A stretch of 64,000 bases of DNA from the NCBI GenBank assembly GCA_964016885.1, contig OZ024742.1, positions 304,048,001 to 304,112,000 on the forward strand. Direction: 5' to 3'. The notes beneath the pieces are model-generated. The model searched no databases, was not told where the DNA came from, and was given only the letters and a program-made list of their open reading frames with translations. Below, one piece after another: positions 1-12,363 of the stretch (positions within the stretch are counted from its first letter, which is position 1; every line of letters begins with the position of its first letter). Both the position numbers and the translations under genes were made by a program. Origin of the DNA: Eledone cirrhosa (taxonomy: Eukaryota).

Positions 1-48
1 CACACGTTTTCAGATAAAGAATCTTGCTAAACAAATTCAGAAACGAAA

Positions 49-135
<87 letters not shown>

Positions 136-439
136 CTGTGTGTGTGTACCTGTAGAGACAATATTTATTCGAATGCTTTTGAAGTTTGGGCGGACTTCCT
201 GTATATGTATGGGTGGGGGGCATGTGTGTATGACTGTGGTATATATGGTGTTATCCAGAATTGTGAGTAAAAGGGGATACGACTTATAACCCTATTTATG
301 TTATTCATAGAATAACCGTGACAGGTATATGTCAAAATAGGGATCGATTGATAATATGCGTACGGTTAGCTAGCTAAATCAATTGCTAACTATATATGTG
401 CTGATAATGGTATAAAAATCCGCATATATATATATTTAC

Positions 440-703
440 ATATAAATAACGGGAAGAAACATAATAGTACCATTGATGATGTCACAGATGTGTGATGGAA
501 GAACTTTGATGGACTATATATATATATATTTATATCTGTATTTTGAACCATTGGTCAATCAATGACAAACATTGATTGGCAGATAAAATAACCATGGAGA
601 TATAAAAGATACGGAAGCGATAATCAACCCAAACCCAACAGTGTGTGTGTTTTATTATTATTTCTGGCAATATTATAACAATATGACCCTCCCCAATTAT
701 AAC

Positions 704-708
<5 letters not shown>
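440..708 (+). mobile_element. PLE pLTR-like fragment with a decayed hammerhead (470-512); same family as 22333-22638 and 54610-54672
   Basis: CCAT-TGATGA-TGTCAC agatgt GTGAT-GGAA-GAACTT-TGATGG resembles the 22449 motif. It ends in ATGACCCTCCCCAATTATAACAA(TA)n, a terminus shared with 22615-22638 and 54648-54670. Confidence 0.55.
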
Positions 709-734
<26 letters not shown>

Positions 735-927
735 ATAAATCTACCAAAAGTTTACGGTAGTGTCCAATCCGTATGAAGAACTCAATGTAATCCGGATATC
801 ATGGAAAGAAGAGATGCATTCAAAAATCACTTTCGGTGAAAGATAAACGGAATACAGAGTCAAGATAAAATATTAAAAAAATAATGAATAAAACAATGAA
901 ACAGTTCCTTATATTAAACAAAAAAAG

Positions 928-1080
928 TTCATTATTTAACGATCGTTTCTAGGACATATATGTGTTAGATGTGGCATGCATATTCAAAAGATCTATGAAC
1001 AAAATTATATAAAATTATACAAACTATCAAATAGAATATACATACCAACACATACATATGCCGTCTTCAGAAATAATGAA
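928..1080 (-). ncRNA. Type I hammerhead ribozyme with extended stem II
   Basis: Minus strand: TTCATTATTT-CTGAAGA-(CGGCATATGTATGTGTTGG...CTAACACATATATGTCCTA)-GAAA-CGATCG-TT-AAATAATGAA. 10-bp stem I, palindromic stem III, GUU triplet. Confidence 0.75.
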
Positions 1081-1701
1081 GTATATTTATTGATAATAAC
1101 ACAATTCAAAATTACAGGTCTGTTTGGGAACAGATTTTAAATAGACCAATGAAATACATAAAAATACATCAAGAAAATACAGTTAGGTGTGTGTATATAT
1201 GCAAGTAACTTCGTTCACAGATATGCATAAAAATGTATGTTCACATGCATACGCATGTCGAAAAAGTGTATGTAAATGCAAAAATTCAGGGCTAATGTCT
1301 CTGTATGTTTATAATCCACAGACAAAATAGACATACGTATACATACATATATACATTCATATATACACACATATACATACATTCATACACACACACGCAT
1401 ATACACATAAAACATAAACATACACATACCCACGAACACACACACACACATATACACGCACACACACACACACATACGTATATATTTTTATTATAACTAT
1501 ATGGATATTGAGTCGCGCACATAAACACTGCCACATACCCTTACATCTAGATGCAGAACTAAAAATAGGTAAGGGAGTAAGTAACTACATAGGGTGTCAG
1601 ACTTAGCATATTTATAAAAATGTATCTATAAATTTAGAAATAAAAAGAAATATATTAAAAGAAATAAACAAGTAAAAGATATACTCATACATATAAATAC
1701 A

Positions 1702-1817
<116 letters not shown>

Positions 1818-1844
1818 TACATACATACATATACACATACATAT

Positions 1845-1875
<31 letters not shown>

Positions 1876-2720
1876 CATATATACATACATACATATACAC
1901 ACATATATACACACATACTCACAACACACATATATACATATATGTACACACACATACACACATACATACATATACATATATATATACATATATATACATA
2001 TATATATATATATACACACACATATATATATACACACACACATATATATACACACACACATACATATACGTATATATACATACACACACATACCCATGTA
2101 TATATACACACAACCATACACTCACACACAGCTCAGACATACATAAATATAGAGACATACATACACACATATATACAAATACATATATACATACATATAA
2201 ACATATATACACACATATATATACATACATATATATATCTATATATCTATATAAAAAAATAAATAAATACACACAGTCAGACAATTATGCACATATATAC
2301 ACATACATACACACATCTCTACAAATACACATACATACACATACATACATACACATATATATAAATAGTAAATATAGTTTTCAAGGAACAAAGAATATTA
2401 ATCTGCATTTAAATCATAATATGTGTTTACATAGTAGTGTCAGAAAGAAGGCAAAATTATGCATTTTAATATAAGTAGACTATTAATTATACGTTAATTA
2501 AAGTAAAAATTGTTAATATATTAATTTCTAAGGTGTATACTACTTAGGTTTATAATATTTAAAGCGGAATTTTGAAGTTAAACAGTAGTAGAGTATTAAT
2601 TATAGCATAACTAAATGTATGTGTGTGTACATATATGTATATATGTGTGTTGTGAGTATGTGTGTATATATGTGTGTGTGTGTGTGTATATGTATGTGTA
2701 TATGTATGTATGTATATATG

Positions 2721-2815
<95 letters not shown>

Positions 2816-3042
2816 TGTATTTATATGTATGAGTATATCTTTTACTTGTTTATTTCTTTTAATATATTTCTTTTTATTTCTAAATTTATAGATACATTTT
2901 TATAAATATGCTAAGTCTGACACCCTATGTAATTACTTACTCCCTTACCTATTTTTAGTTCTGCATCTAGATGTAAGTGCATGTGGCCGTGTTTATGTGT
3001 GCGCCTCAATATCCATATAGTTATAATAATAATATATACGTA

Positions 3043-3083
<41 letters not shown>

Positions 3084-3439
3084 TCGTGGGTATGTGTATG
3101 TTTATGTTTTATGTGTATATGCGTGTGTGTGTATGAATGTATGTATATGTGTGTATATATGAGTGTATATATGTATGTATACGTATGTGTATTTTGTCTG
3201 TGGATTATAGACATACAGAGACATTAGCCCTGAATTTTTGTATTTACATACACTTTTTCGAGATGCGTATGCATGTGAACATACATTTTTATGCATATCT
3301 GTGAACGAAGTTACTTGCATATATACACACACCTAACTGTATTTTCTTGATGTATTTTTATGTATTTCATTGGTCTATTTAAAATCTGTTCCCAAACAGA
3401 CCTGTAACTTTGAATTGTTGTTATTATCAATAAATATAC

Positions 3440-3592
3440 TTCATTATTTCTGAAGACGGCATATGTATGTGTTGGTATGTATATTCTATTTGATAGTTTG
3501 TATAATTTTATATAATTTTGTTCATAGATCTTTTGAATATGCATGCCAATTCTAACACATATATGTCCTAGAAACGATCGTTAAATAATGAA
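3440..3592 (+). ncRNA. Type I hammerhead ribozyme with extended stem II (inverted copy of 928-1080)
   Basis: TTCATTATTT (3440-3449), CTGAAGA (3450-3456), GAAACGATCGTT (3571-3582), AAATAATGAA (3583-3592). Confidence 0.75.
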
Positions 3593-6150
3593 CTTTTTTT
3601 GTTTAATATAAGGAACTGTTTCATTGTTTTATTCATTATTTTTTTAATATTTTATATATATATATATACATATATATATGTGTGTGTGTGTGTCTGTGTG
3701 GAGGTTGGGGGTGTTTGTGCATGTCTGTGTGCATTTGTTAGTATAATACATACGGCCACATATGTATGTGAATAAATACATACGAATTTATTAGCAATAC
3801 TATATAACCTTTTGGTAAGTAGAGAAACAGAACTTTAGCAAATTTTCCCTGACTGAAGCTTTAGCTACAAAAATAATACTTTATATTTTTCAATCGGCGT
3901 TCATGTTATTTCTAATGGATATTGAAGTATTATTTCCGGTGAGATTTGACGAGGAAAGCATGTTAAAGAAATCAAAAATATATACTATAAAATTAGCTGA
4001 ACGTATATAATGACTAAGTGAAGGAGAAATAAGATGGGAAATATCGATGAGAGCTAGTGACTGACTGTTGATTCTGTTAGTGGTGTTATTAGTCTTGTTC
4101 TTGTTGTTGTTTAACTCGGCTCAGCTTAATCAGGTTCACCTATGTTAGAAAGCATTTCAGCCGCGATAATTTTGTTTTGTTCCAAAGTGCAAGAAACCTG
4201 GATCAACATTATCCAATTTCGCCCTTCCGAAAAAGATGCGAAGTGATTTGAGGATGATCTATCTATTATTACCGGTGAGCCAGATAACAAATTCAGCCAG
4301 CCTTGTTGAGTTTAGATGGGGTATCAGTTGTGATGATAAACTGGTAACATAGCTACATGCCTGGACATATTGTTTAGAGTTTATTTTAACGATTTCTTGA
4401 AATGAAAATGATATCGAATAGCACTATTTAACTTTGCGAATGCATATGGATCTAAGATATATGGTTATCACACTTCATCTTAATGACACAAGTAACGCTC
4501 ATGTTATTCAGAAGCTAAAAGTTGTGAAGTGTTGTATTTTTGGGGGGATTAATGTTAAATACCTTACTACTCCTGGCATAAAAGTTATCAACTTAGATCA
4601 TTCTAGAATTTTCCACCTATCGGTGTAATGTTTCGTATTACTTTGATAGAAAAGATGCTCTTTTGCACAAAATAGGAATTGCTGGAATAACCTTTCCTGT
4701 ATGAAGTTTAGAATACATTAAAATCATGTTTTCTCTGGTGTAGCTTCTGTCTCAACAAATTAAATACGATTTCGAATTCATTGTCAGTTTGGTTGTGATA
4801 TCGATTCGTTATTGATTGAACTCAATCATTTCCTTTCTTAAAGAGCCTTCAAAATATCCGCAAATTGAGAATTGTTATCATTAAACCAGTATTTAATTAT
4901 CTTTTCACAAAACAGAATGTCATAGAAAGATGATTACTTTGCATTACGGTGTTACATTTTGTGATATTAATGCTGAATGCTTTAATACATAGAAAGATAT
5001 CTGTTTCCATGAGATATCAGTTGATGCCTGAAGTAAAAAAACCTGCTGGATCCTAAAAGTACGCCCACAGCTTGGTAGATAATACAGGGCAGTTATTTTT
5101 TAAGAAAAGAACACTCCTAAAGTAATTTGTCCTCCTGTCAATGTCAAACATAGACCTATATTACAATGTTGTTCTCAAATACGTGACAGCCATTGTATTC
5201 TGGATGAATCTAAAAGCCATCATTTCATTTGGTTGCTAAACTACGGTATTGAGTCTGGAAATACTGAGGCTGGCAAAACGAGATATAATGATCCAGTGTC
5301 ACACATCCAATCAGTACTGCAGAACAAAAATAACATTGAAGCTAATCCAAATGAATCTTTTATCTCTAGAAATCATTCGAGTGTATCTACCATCCGCAGG
5401 TTATAGAGAAAGTCTTCTTTATGCAGCTTCACTAGAGATATTATATCTCATAATGTCAGTAAAATCATAGTTTTAATACATTTTGTCATTAAAATAGTTA
5501 TTTTTCCTGGCAATACTTACACTAAGAGAATAAAGTTTATTCCCACACTTCGCAATCGTAATCAACGTGTAGTTACCTGAGTAACCACATGTGGTTAACT
5601 CAGATCCTTACACTTAAACAACAAGTGTGCGAACTTTTCATCAATTCCCCAGAGAACATCTGGTCTGATAGTGACACATGCTGAATTATCTATTGAAATT
5701 CATTTAATGTCGAAATTATTGTTTTTCTACCTCAAGCTGATACAACAGAATGCGATATACAGAGGATAGATTTTGATCATACAGGTTTGCACCTAATTCT
5801 CTCGTAACTGATAAGTAAGAAAAGATATTACGCTAGTTTTAGCAACCCATCCTGGTCTACCTTTTGAATTACCGGTAGGATGTTTCACTATTTCCTTAAA
5901 GTATTTGTGTAATGGATGAAATTGCTAGCTGTGTCATTCATCGAGTCAATATTAAATCTAAATCATATATATGATCCGGCTAGTGGATGTACTTTCTAGC
6001 ATATTAACGGCGATATATTTAAGTAAATATTATTAACACGTATAAGCATCATTGAACATGCATCAAGTAAACATCTGCAAACACACCGTATGACTCTCTT
6101 TGCAAGGACACGGCAACTAAGTATATATAGGGGCAACATAATAAATCCGA

Positions 6151-6260
<110 letters not shown>

Positions 6261-6278
6261 TGTGTATATATATATATG

Positions 6279-6356
<78 letters not shown>

Positions 6357-6360
6357 AGTA

Positions 6361-7411
6361 TACACCGACAGTATACACCGCGAGTCGCTGGTGAATGTTG
6401 CGCAACTGTACGGCATTCCTTCAAGATTCATCGCCATTTTCAAGGCCTTGTATGAAAACTCCAGATGGTGCGTGCGCACTGAGTCCGGTGTGACGGAGTT
6501 TTTTGACATTGTCTCCGGAGTCAGACAGGGTTGCATTCTCTCTCCACTGATTGGATGAACGACCCGGTCGAGGAATCCCATGGAGAGGGCAGTCGAGGCT
6601 GAGGAACCTCGCATTCGCCGACGACATCGCTTTGATCACTAAAAACAGTGCAGATCTGCAGGCGCTAACAACATCTCTACAAGAGAGTGCGGAAAAGATC
6701 GGCCTGAGAATCAACACTAAAAAGACCAAGGTCATGAGAACGGCCAGCAACACAGGTCCAGTGATCAGAGTCAACCAACAGGACCTCGAGGAAGTCGATC
6801 ACTTCACCTATATGGGCAGCATCCTGACAAGCAGCGGCGACGCAGAGCTCGACATCAACTGTCGGATCGGCAAAGGAGCCGCAGTTTTCCAGCGGCTGTG
6901 CCCATTCTGGTCGTCTTCATGCATTAGCACCAAGACCAAGCTCTGCCTGTACAAGAGCATCGTGCTGCCGACAGTGCTTTTTGCGATCGAGACCTGGAAG
7001 AGTACAGCAAAAATAGAGAGACGGCTGAACGCTTTCCACCAGCGGTGTTTGCGAAAGATCCTTCGTGTGTGCTGGCGCGACTAAGTGCGAAACGAGGAGA
7101 TCCTGCGGAGCGCCGAGTCGTGGACGCTACAGAGAGTGGTCACGGAGCGTCAGTGCCGTCTGGCTGGCCATATTCTGCGTCTGCCAAATGAACGGCATTC
7201 AAAAACAGCGATGAACTGGACTCCGCCTGGCGGTAAACGGAGGCGGGGTTGCCCAAGGATCACCTGGCGACGAACGTTCCGGAAGGACCTGATGGCAGCC
7301 AACATCACCTGGCACGTTCTCGAACAAGTTGCCGCTGATTGTGACCGTTGGCGAGTACATACTGCTCGATGCGCCGAACGGCGCGGAAGAATGTAAGACT
7401 AAGACTAAGAC
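6361..7411 (+). mobile_element. 5'-truncated RTE-clade non-LTR retrotransposon (RT C-terminal half, disrupted)
   Basis: Translates to YGIPSRFI...[60 protein letters not shown]. Has an internal stop (7082-7084), a (GACTAA)n tail, and sits in (TA)n. Confidence 0.93.
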
Positions 7412-7612
7412 ATATGTATATTTATATATATATATAGAGAGAGAATTAATATATCTACCAACATATGTATACAGATGTATACCCATGCTAGCAAATATAT
7501 ATGTTATGTCTTAGTACCTTTGTGGTTCTATGCAGGGTGGTGCAGAACAATTATATGAAAGACGTAAAATAAGAAAATTTTAAAAATTAAAAATGAACTT
7601 ACTAAAATGTTC

Positions 7613-7694
7613 ACTCCTACTAATTAGTTTCTGTAAGGGAATAAATATAGTTACGCAATACAACTATAGAGAAGTCCTTACGTCATCAGGGAGT
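7613..7694 (-). ncRNA. Type I hammerhead ribozyme, canonical core
   Basis: Minus strand: ACTCC-CTGATGA-CGTAAGG...CCTTACA-GAAAC-TAATTA-GTA-GGAGT. Stem I ACTCC/GGAGT, stem II GTAAGG/CCTTAC with inner hairpin TATAGTT/AACTATA, palindromic stem III ACTAATTAGT, GUA triplet. Confidence 0.88.
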
Positions 7695-8151
7695 CTATTC
7701 TCAGCTAAGTTCCTAGGCAATGCGCGGACACTAGGAACCCATATAAAATAATAATTCAGTGGATGGAATAAAGCTAGCGGGGACTAAATTCCAGGGCACT
7801 GAAAATATTCACTGCCTACTTGGTTAGTGGCAAATTCTAAAGAATCAATCACGTGACACTGAGGTTAATCAGTGAGGAGTGGGGTGGTATTATGACAAGA
7901 GCCTATCTACTACCATGAACCATAGCAGTAAATTTTGGCAAGTTTCGCTCAACAAATAATTTGGAGATAAATATAGAGAATTAATATATCTACCAACATA
8001 TGTATACAGATGTATACCCATGCTAGCAAATATATATGTTATGTCTTAGTACCTTTGTGGTTCTATGCAGGGGCGTGCAGAACAATTATATGAAATACGT
8101 AAAATAAGAAAATTTTAAAAATTAAAAATTAACTTACTTACTAAAATGTTC

Positions 8152-8233
8152 ACTCCTACTAATTAGTTTCTGTAAGGGAATAAATATAGTTACGCAATAC
8201 AACTATAGAGAAGTCCTTACGTCATCAGGGAGT
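8152..8233 (-). ncRNA. Type I hammerhead ribozyme, canonical core (second tandem copy)
   Basis: Same motif as 7613-7694, displaced by 539 bp. Confidence 0.88.
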
Positions 8234-8482
8234 CTATTCTCAGCTAAGTTCCTAGGCAATGCGCAGACACTAGGAACCCATATAAAATAATAATTCAGTG
8301 GATGGAATAAAGCTAACGGGGACTAAATTCCAGGGCACTGAAAACATTCACTGCCTACTTGGTCAGTGGCAAATTCTAAAGAATCAATCACATGACACTG
8401 AGGTTAATCAGTGAGGAGTGGGGTGGTATTATGACATGAGCCTATCTACTACCATGAACCATAGTAGTAATATATATATATA

Positions 8483-9581
8483 TGGCCTTGCTCAGTATGT
8501 AGGAAAGGTGTAGGTAGGAACTCCATTCTTTGCCCCAAATGCAAACAATGGGTACACAAGAGATGTAGCGGGATCTCAGGAAGCTTAATTAAGAATGTAG
8601 GATTCACATGCAGCAGCTGTGCTGAAACAGCAAGCAAACAGCCACAGGAAACAAGTACCACCAATCTCTGGGAGGGCCCTGTAGAAACAGTAGACAGCTT
8701 CTGCTACCTAGGTGACCGAATTAGCAACGGAGGTGGGTGCTCAGAAAGTACGATAACTAGGGTAAGAACGGGATGGAAGAAGTTTAGGGAACTACTACCA
8801 CTGCTAGCTGCAAAAGGCTTCTCCCTCAGAATGAAAGGCAGACTGTATGATGCGTGTATCCGAACAGCGATGTTGCATGGTAGTGAGACCTGGGCGCTGA
8901 AGGTGGAAGAATTACGTAGATTAGAGAGAAACGAAGCCTGCATGCTCCGATGGATGTGTAACAGTAATATACGTGAACGACAAAGCATAAATGAATTGAG
9001 AGAGAGACTGAGCATAAGAGGAATCAAATGCTGCGTGCAGGAGAGGCGGTTACGCTGGTATGGACATGTGATGCGTATGAAGGATGACAGCTGCATAAAA
9101 AGGTGCAGAGCACTAGAAGTTGATGGAAACCGCGGAGTGGGGAGACCCAAGATGACTTGGGATGAGGTGATAAAAGCCGACCTTACCCAACTACACCTCT
9201 CAAAGTCAATGACACACGACCGTGACTTCTGGCGTCACGCAGTAATACAGGGTACCCGACCTCCCATGGGTACATGCTGAAGCATATAAACAATATGCCC
9301 CCCCCCCCCCACCGCAAGGTGGTCGTGGAGGTGCCACGGCAAAAAAGCACCCAGCCCACACTGTAAAGTGGACGTGTAGGCGCCACGAAAAAGCACCCAG
9401 CACTCACTGTAAATGAGGTTGGTGTTAGGAAGGGCATCCAGCTGTAGAAATCAAGCCAGATCAGTTCCTGTATGAGCAAGGCATGGTCAGCCGACCAGAC
9501 ACTGCCCACAACAGGACAACCCGTCTAACCCATGCTAGCGTGGAAGAACGGACGTAAAACGGTGATGATGATGATGATGAT
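8483..9581 (+). mobile_element. 5'-truncated RTE-clade LINE with a PHD-like zinc finger; open frame 8483-9280, 3' UTR and (TGA)n tail
   Basis: Uninterrupted frame WPCSVCRKGVGRNSILCPKCKQWVHKRCSG...FTCSSC...VETVDSFCYLGD...MLHGSETW...RRLRWYGHVMR...RGVGRPKMTW. The 3' UTR has GGTGTTAGGAAGGGCATCCAGCTGTAGAAA and ends in (GAT)n. Confidence 0.93.
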
Positions 9582-12226
9582 ATATATATATATATATATG
9601 TATATGCATTATTGTGTACAGTGGGTAAACAAATGCGCAGTCATACATTTATTTAAATATACTGCTATGCACACTTATACATGAATGATATGCTGGAACA
9701 ATATCGAATCAGAAACCATTTCCATGTTGATAGAAATTATATGAGAATGAGGGAATATGTGGAGAAGAAAATGGGAAATGAGAGATTGTTGCTAAGAAGG
9801 AATGCATATATATTATAGGATAAATAGAGATAAAGGGAAGAAATTATCAACGAATTACTAAATATTTTTGTCTCTTCAAATTAGTGTTAATGGTTGATTA
9901 CACTTCATTTCTTCAATATAGCCCACACTTTATGACAACATGTGGCGATTCAAAATACAAGAAAGAGCAACCAAGCCTACTCACATCACATATAACTCTT
10001 TAAAATCGAATTTAGAAATAAGTTTGTATGTATATGCAATTGTTGTAGATATATAGAAATAGAAAAATCGCCTTCAATTCATCATACATACATACAAACT
10101 ACACATATTCCTATATATCTATAGATATAGATAATTTTCAGTATAGATGTAAATACATGCATTCGTATCTATTTTGATAAGTGAGGAATATTAATGTCAA
10201 TCATGTTATATTGTGAATTATATATGTATGTGCACATAATGTATATATGTATACATCCACACACTTATAATGTTCGCATGAGAATAATACGTGTGTAACT
10301 CTCTGCTAATGCCCTTCATGTCATGTATTTGTGTTAAAGCAAGTCAAACTGAGATGACGTAAGCTGCCGTGTTATTAGAGAGTCTAAGATGTATATTACA
10401 TGAATATAAGACGATAAACCAATCCTAATTCGAGGAAAGAAATGGATTAAAACTGGCAAACATGTTTTATGGTTTGCTTCGCTATTGCTGGATTTTTGTT
10501 TGTTTTAATGTGTGCATATGTGAATACATGTGTTGTAAGTGGCCACTGTTGATATTCCTAGCAATGTTTGTTGTTATTATTTATGTTCGTTTTAGCTCCT
10601 GATGCAGATGTTGTATGGCGTTTTGTATTACATTTAAGTTGTTGAATTTTGTTTATGTTGCTTATGTTGACATCGTCATCGTTATCGTCGTCGTCATAGT
10701 TTCTGTCTTCTCGTTTCAAATGTTAGTGATGTGCCATTTACTAGTTATTGTTGTCCCACTTACTGCTAAAGCCAGTCTTAATATTTTTATTGATGGGCTC
10801 ATTTAATTGCTGTTATGGTTCATGTTGTTATTGTTGTTTTTGTTGTTGCAGATCTTGTAGTTGATGATGCTTTTATTTCACCATCATTGTTACTGTCCAG
10901 TTTATTGTTGTTGTTGATGATGCTAGTGTTTCTCTTGATAGGCGTAATGCTGCTAATATTGGTTTTCATACTGTTGTTGCTACTGTCGTTGTTGCAATTA
11001 TAGCTGCCATTACTTCACTGAGTTCTCGGGTTTTCGTTTAAGTTCTTATCATGGTTGATGTTGTTTCTGTTGCATTTCTGATTTCGGCACCTGTTTTTTT
11101 CTGTTTACTTCATCTTCTCCAGTCATTTTCTGTTAAGAAGTAACGTTTAACATATTACCGGATACCTCTTTATCACTATTTCCTTCTCTCGTGCCAGAAC
11201 CTCATCCACGCGATGTCAATCGCTATTTGCCTGTACAACTATCCTTCTCAAATCATTCTTATACCGATTATATTCAACAGAGAAATCATCTGGGCATTGA
11301 GATTATGAATTTCAATATTTATATATCGGGAGGACGACTAGATATTTAAATAAATACCCGAATATTTAAGTAAATAGAAGAACAACAATGATAACGATGC
11401 AGATTCGAAGAAAAAAAAATCAGAAAATTAATAAATTTAAAAACGATGATAAAAATGAAAAATCAGGTATACAATTTAGCTGTTGCAACATGACTCATAA
11501 AAAAGCTTTTCATTCTGTTAAAAAAATATCACACCAAAAAATACATTTAGTCTTTAACATATATAACATTATTATATAATTTTCCACTAAGCTTAACTTC
11601 ACAAAAAGTGATATTAAACCTATGTGGTATATATTAAACCCCACTTCATCCGAAGTAAGCAGAAACTGCTGCAACTGACTTAAACAATAATTTTCCTTTT
11701 AAATTCAAAGCTATATGGAAATATATTGTATGCCGATCTACTGTAGAAGCGAAACCTGGCAAAGACTGGCGTCAATTTGATCCGATTCAAATTTATTGCG
11801 CAAATAAAATTAATATCTTTCCCACCTACCAATTCTATTAAACGTATTAATATATTTTTAGATCTACTCCTCCCTTGGTTAAAATTATATTAACTTTTGT
11901 TATCGTTATATACCCAGTCTAATGTATTTAATTCGAACCGTTCATATAAGCTTTCGAAATATGTTAGTATTGTTCCTTATTCGAGATAATAATTACATTT
12001 TTACAAATACTAAATTTCATTTTGTCATGCATAGTGAATTTCTTTTCATTAACTTCCATTTATAGTTATTATTACTGGATACAAAAATATATATTATCAT
12101 TTGCTATTTCCATTTTCCTAGCATCGAATCCCCAACATTTATTATTGTAATCCAAACTGTTAAACCTTATAATTCCTTACCTAATTTCACATATAGATAA
12201 ATTATTACAATTAATTTCTACCTACC

Positions 12227-12318
<92 letters not shown>

Positions 12319-12327
12319 CGTGTCTAT

Positions 12328-12363
<36 letters not shown>

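Larger units (their letters stand above)
7433..8470 (-). repeat. Tandem direct repeat (~535-539 bp period, ~1.9 copies), each unit carrying an intact hammerhead; retrozyme-like or tandem pLTR
   Basis: GAGAATTAATATATCTACCAACATATG at 7441 and 7976; both units end CTACCATGAACCATAG(C/T)AGTAA. Few substitutions between units; flanked by (TA)n. Confidence 0.92.

Noticed and set aside
767-852. TCCGT-ATGAAGA...GAAA..ACGGA hammerhead-like arrangement
   Set aside because: C3 is missing and neither stem II nor the cleavage triplet is convincing.
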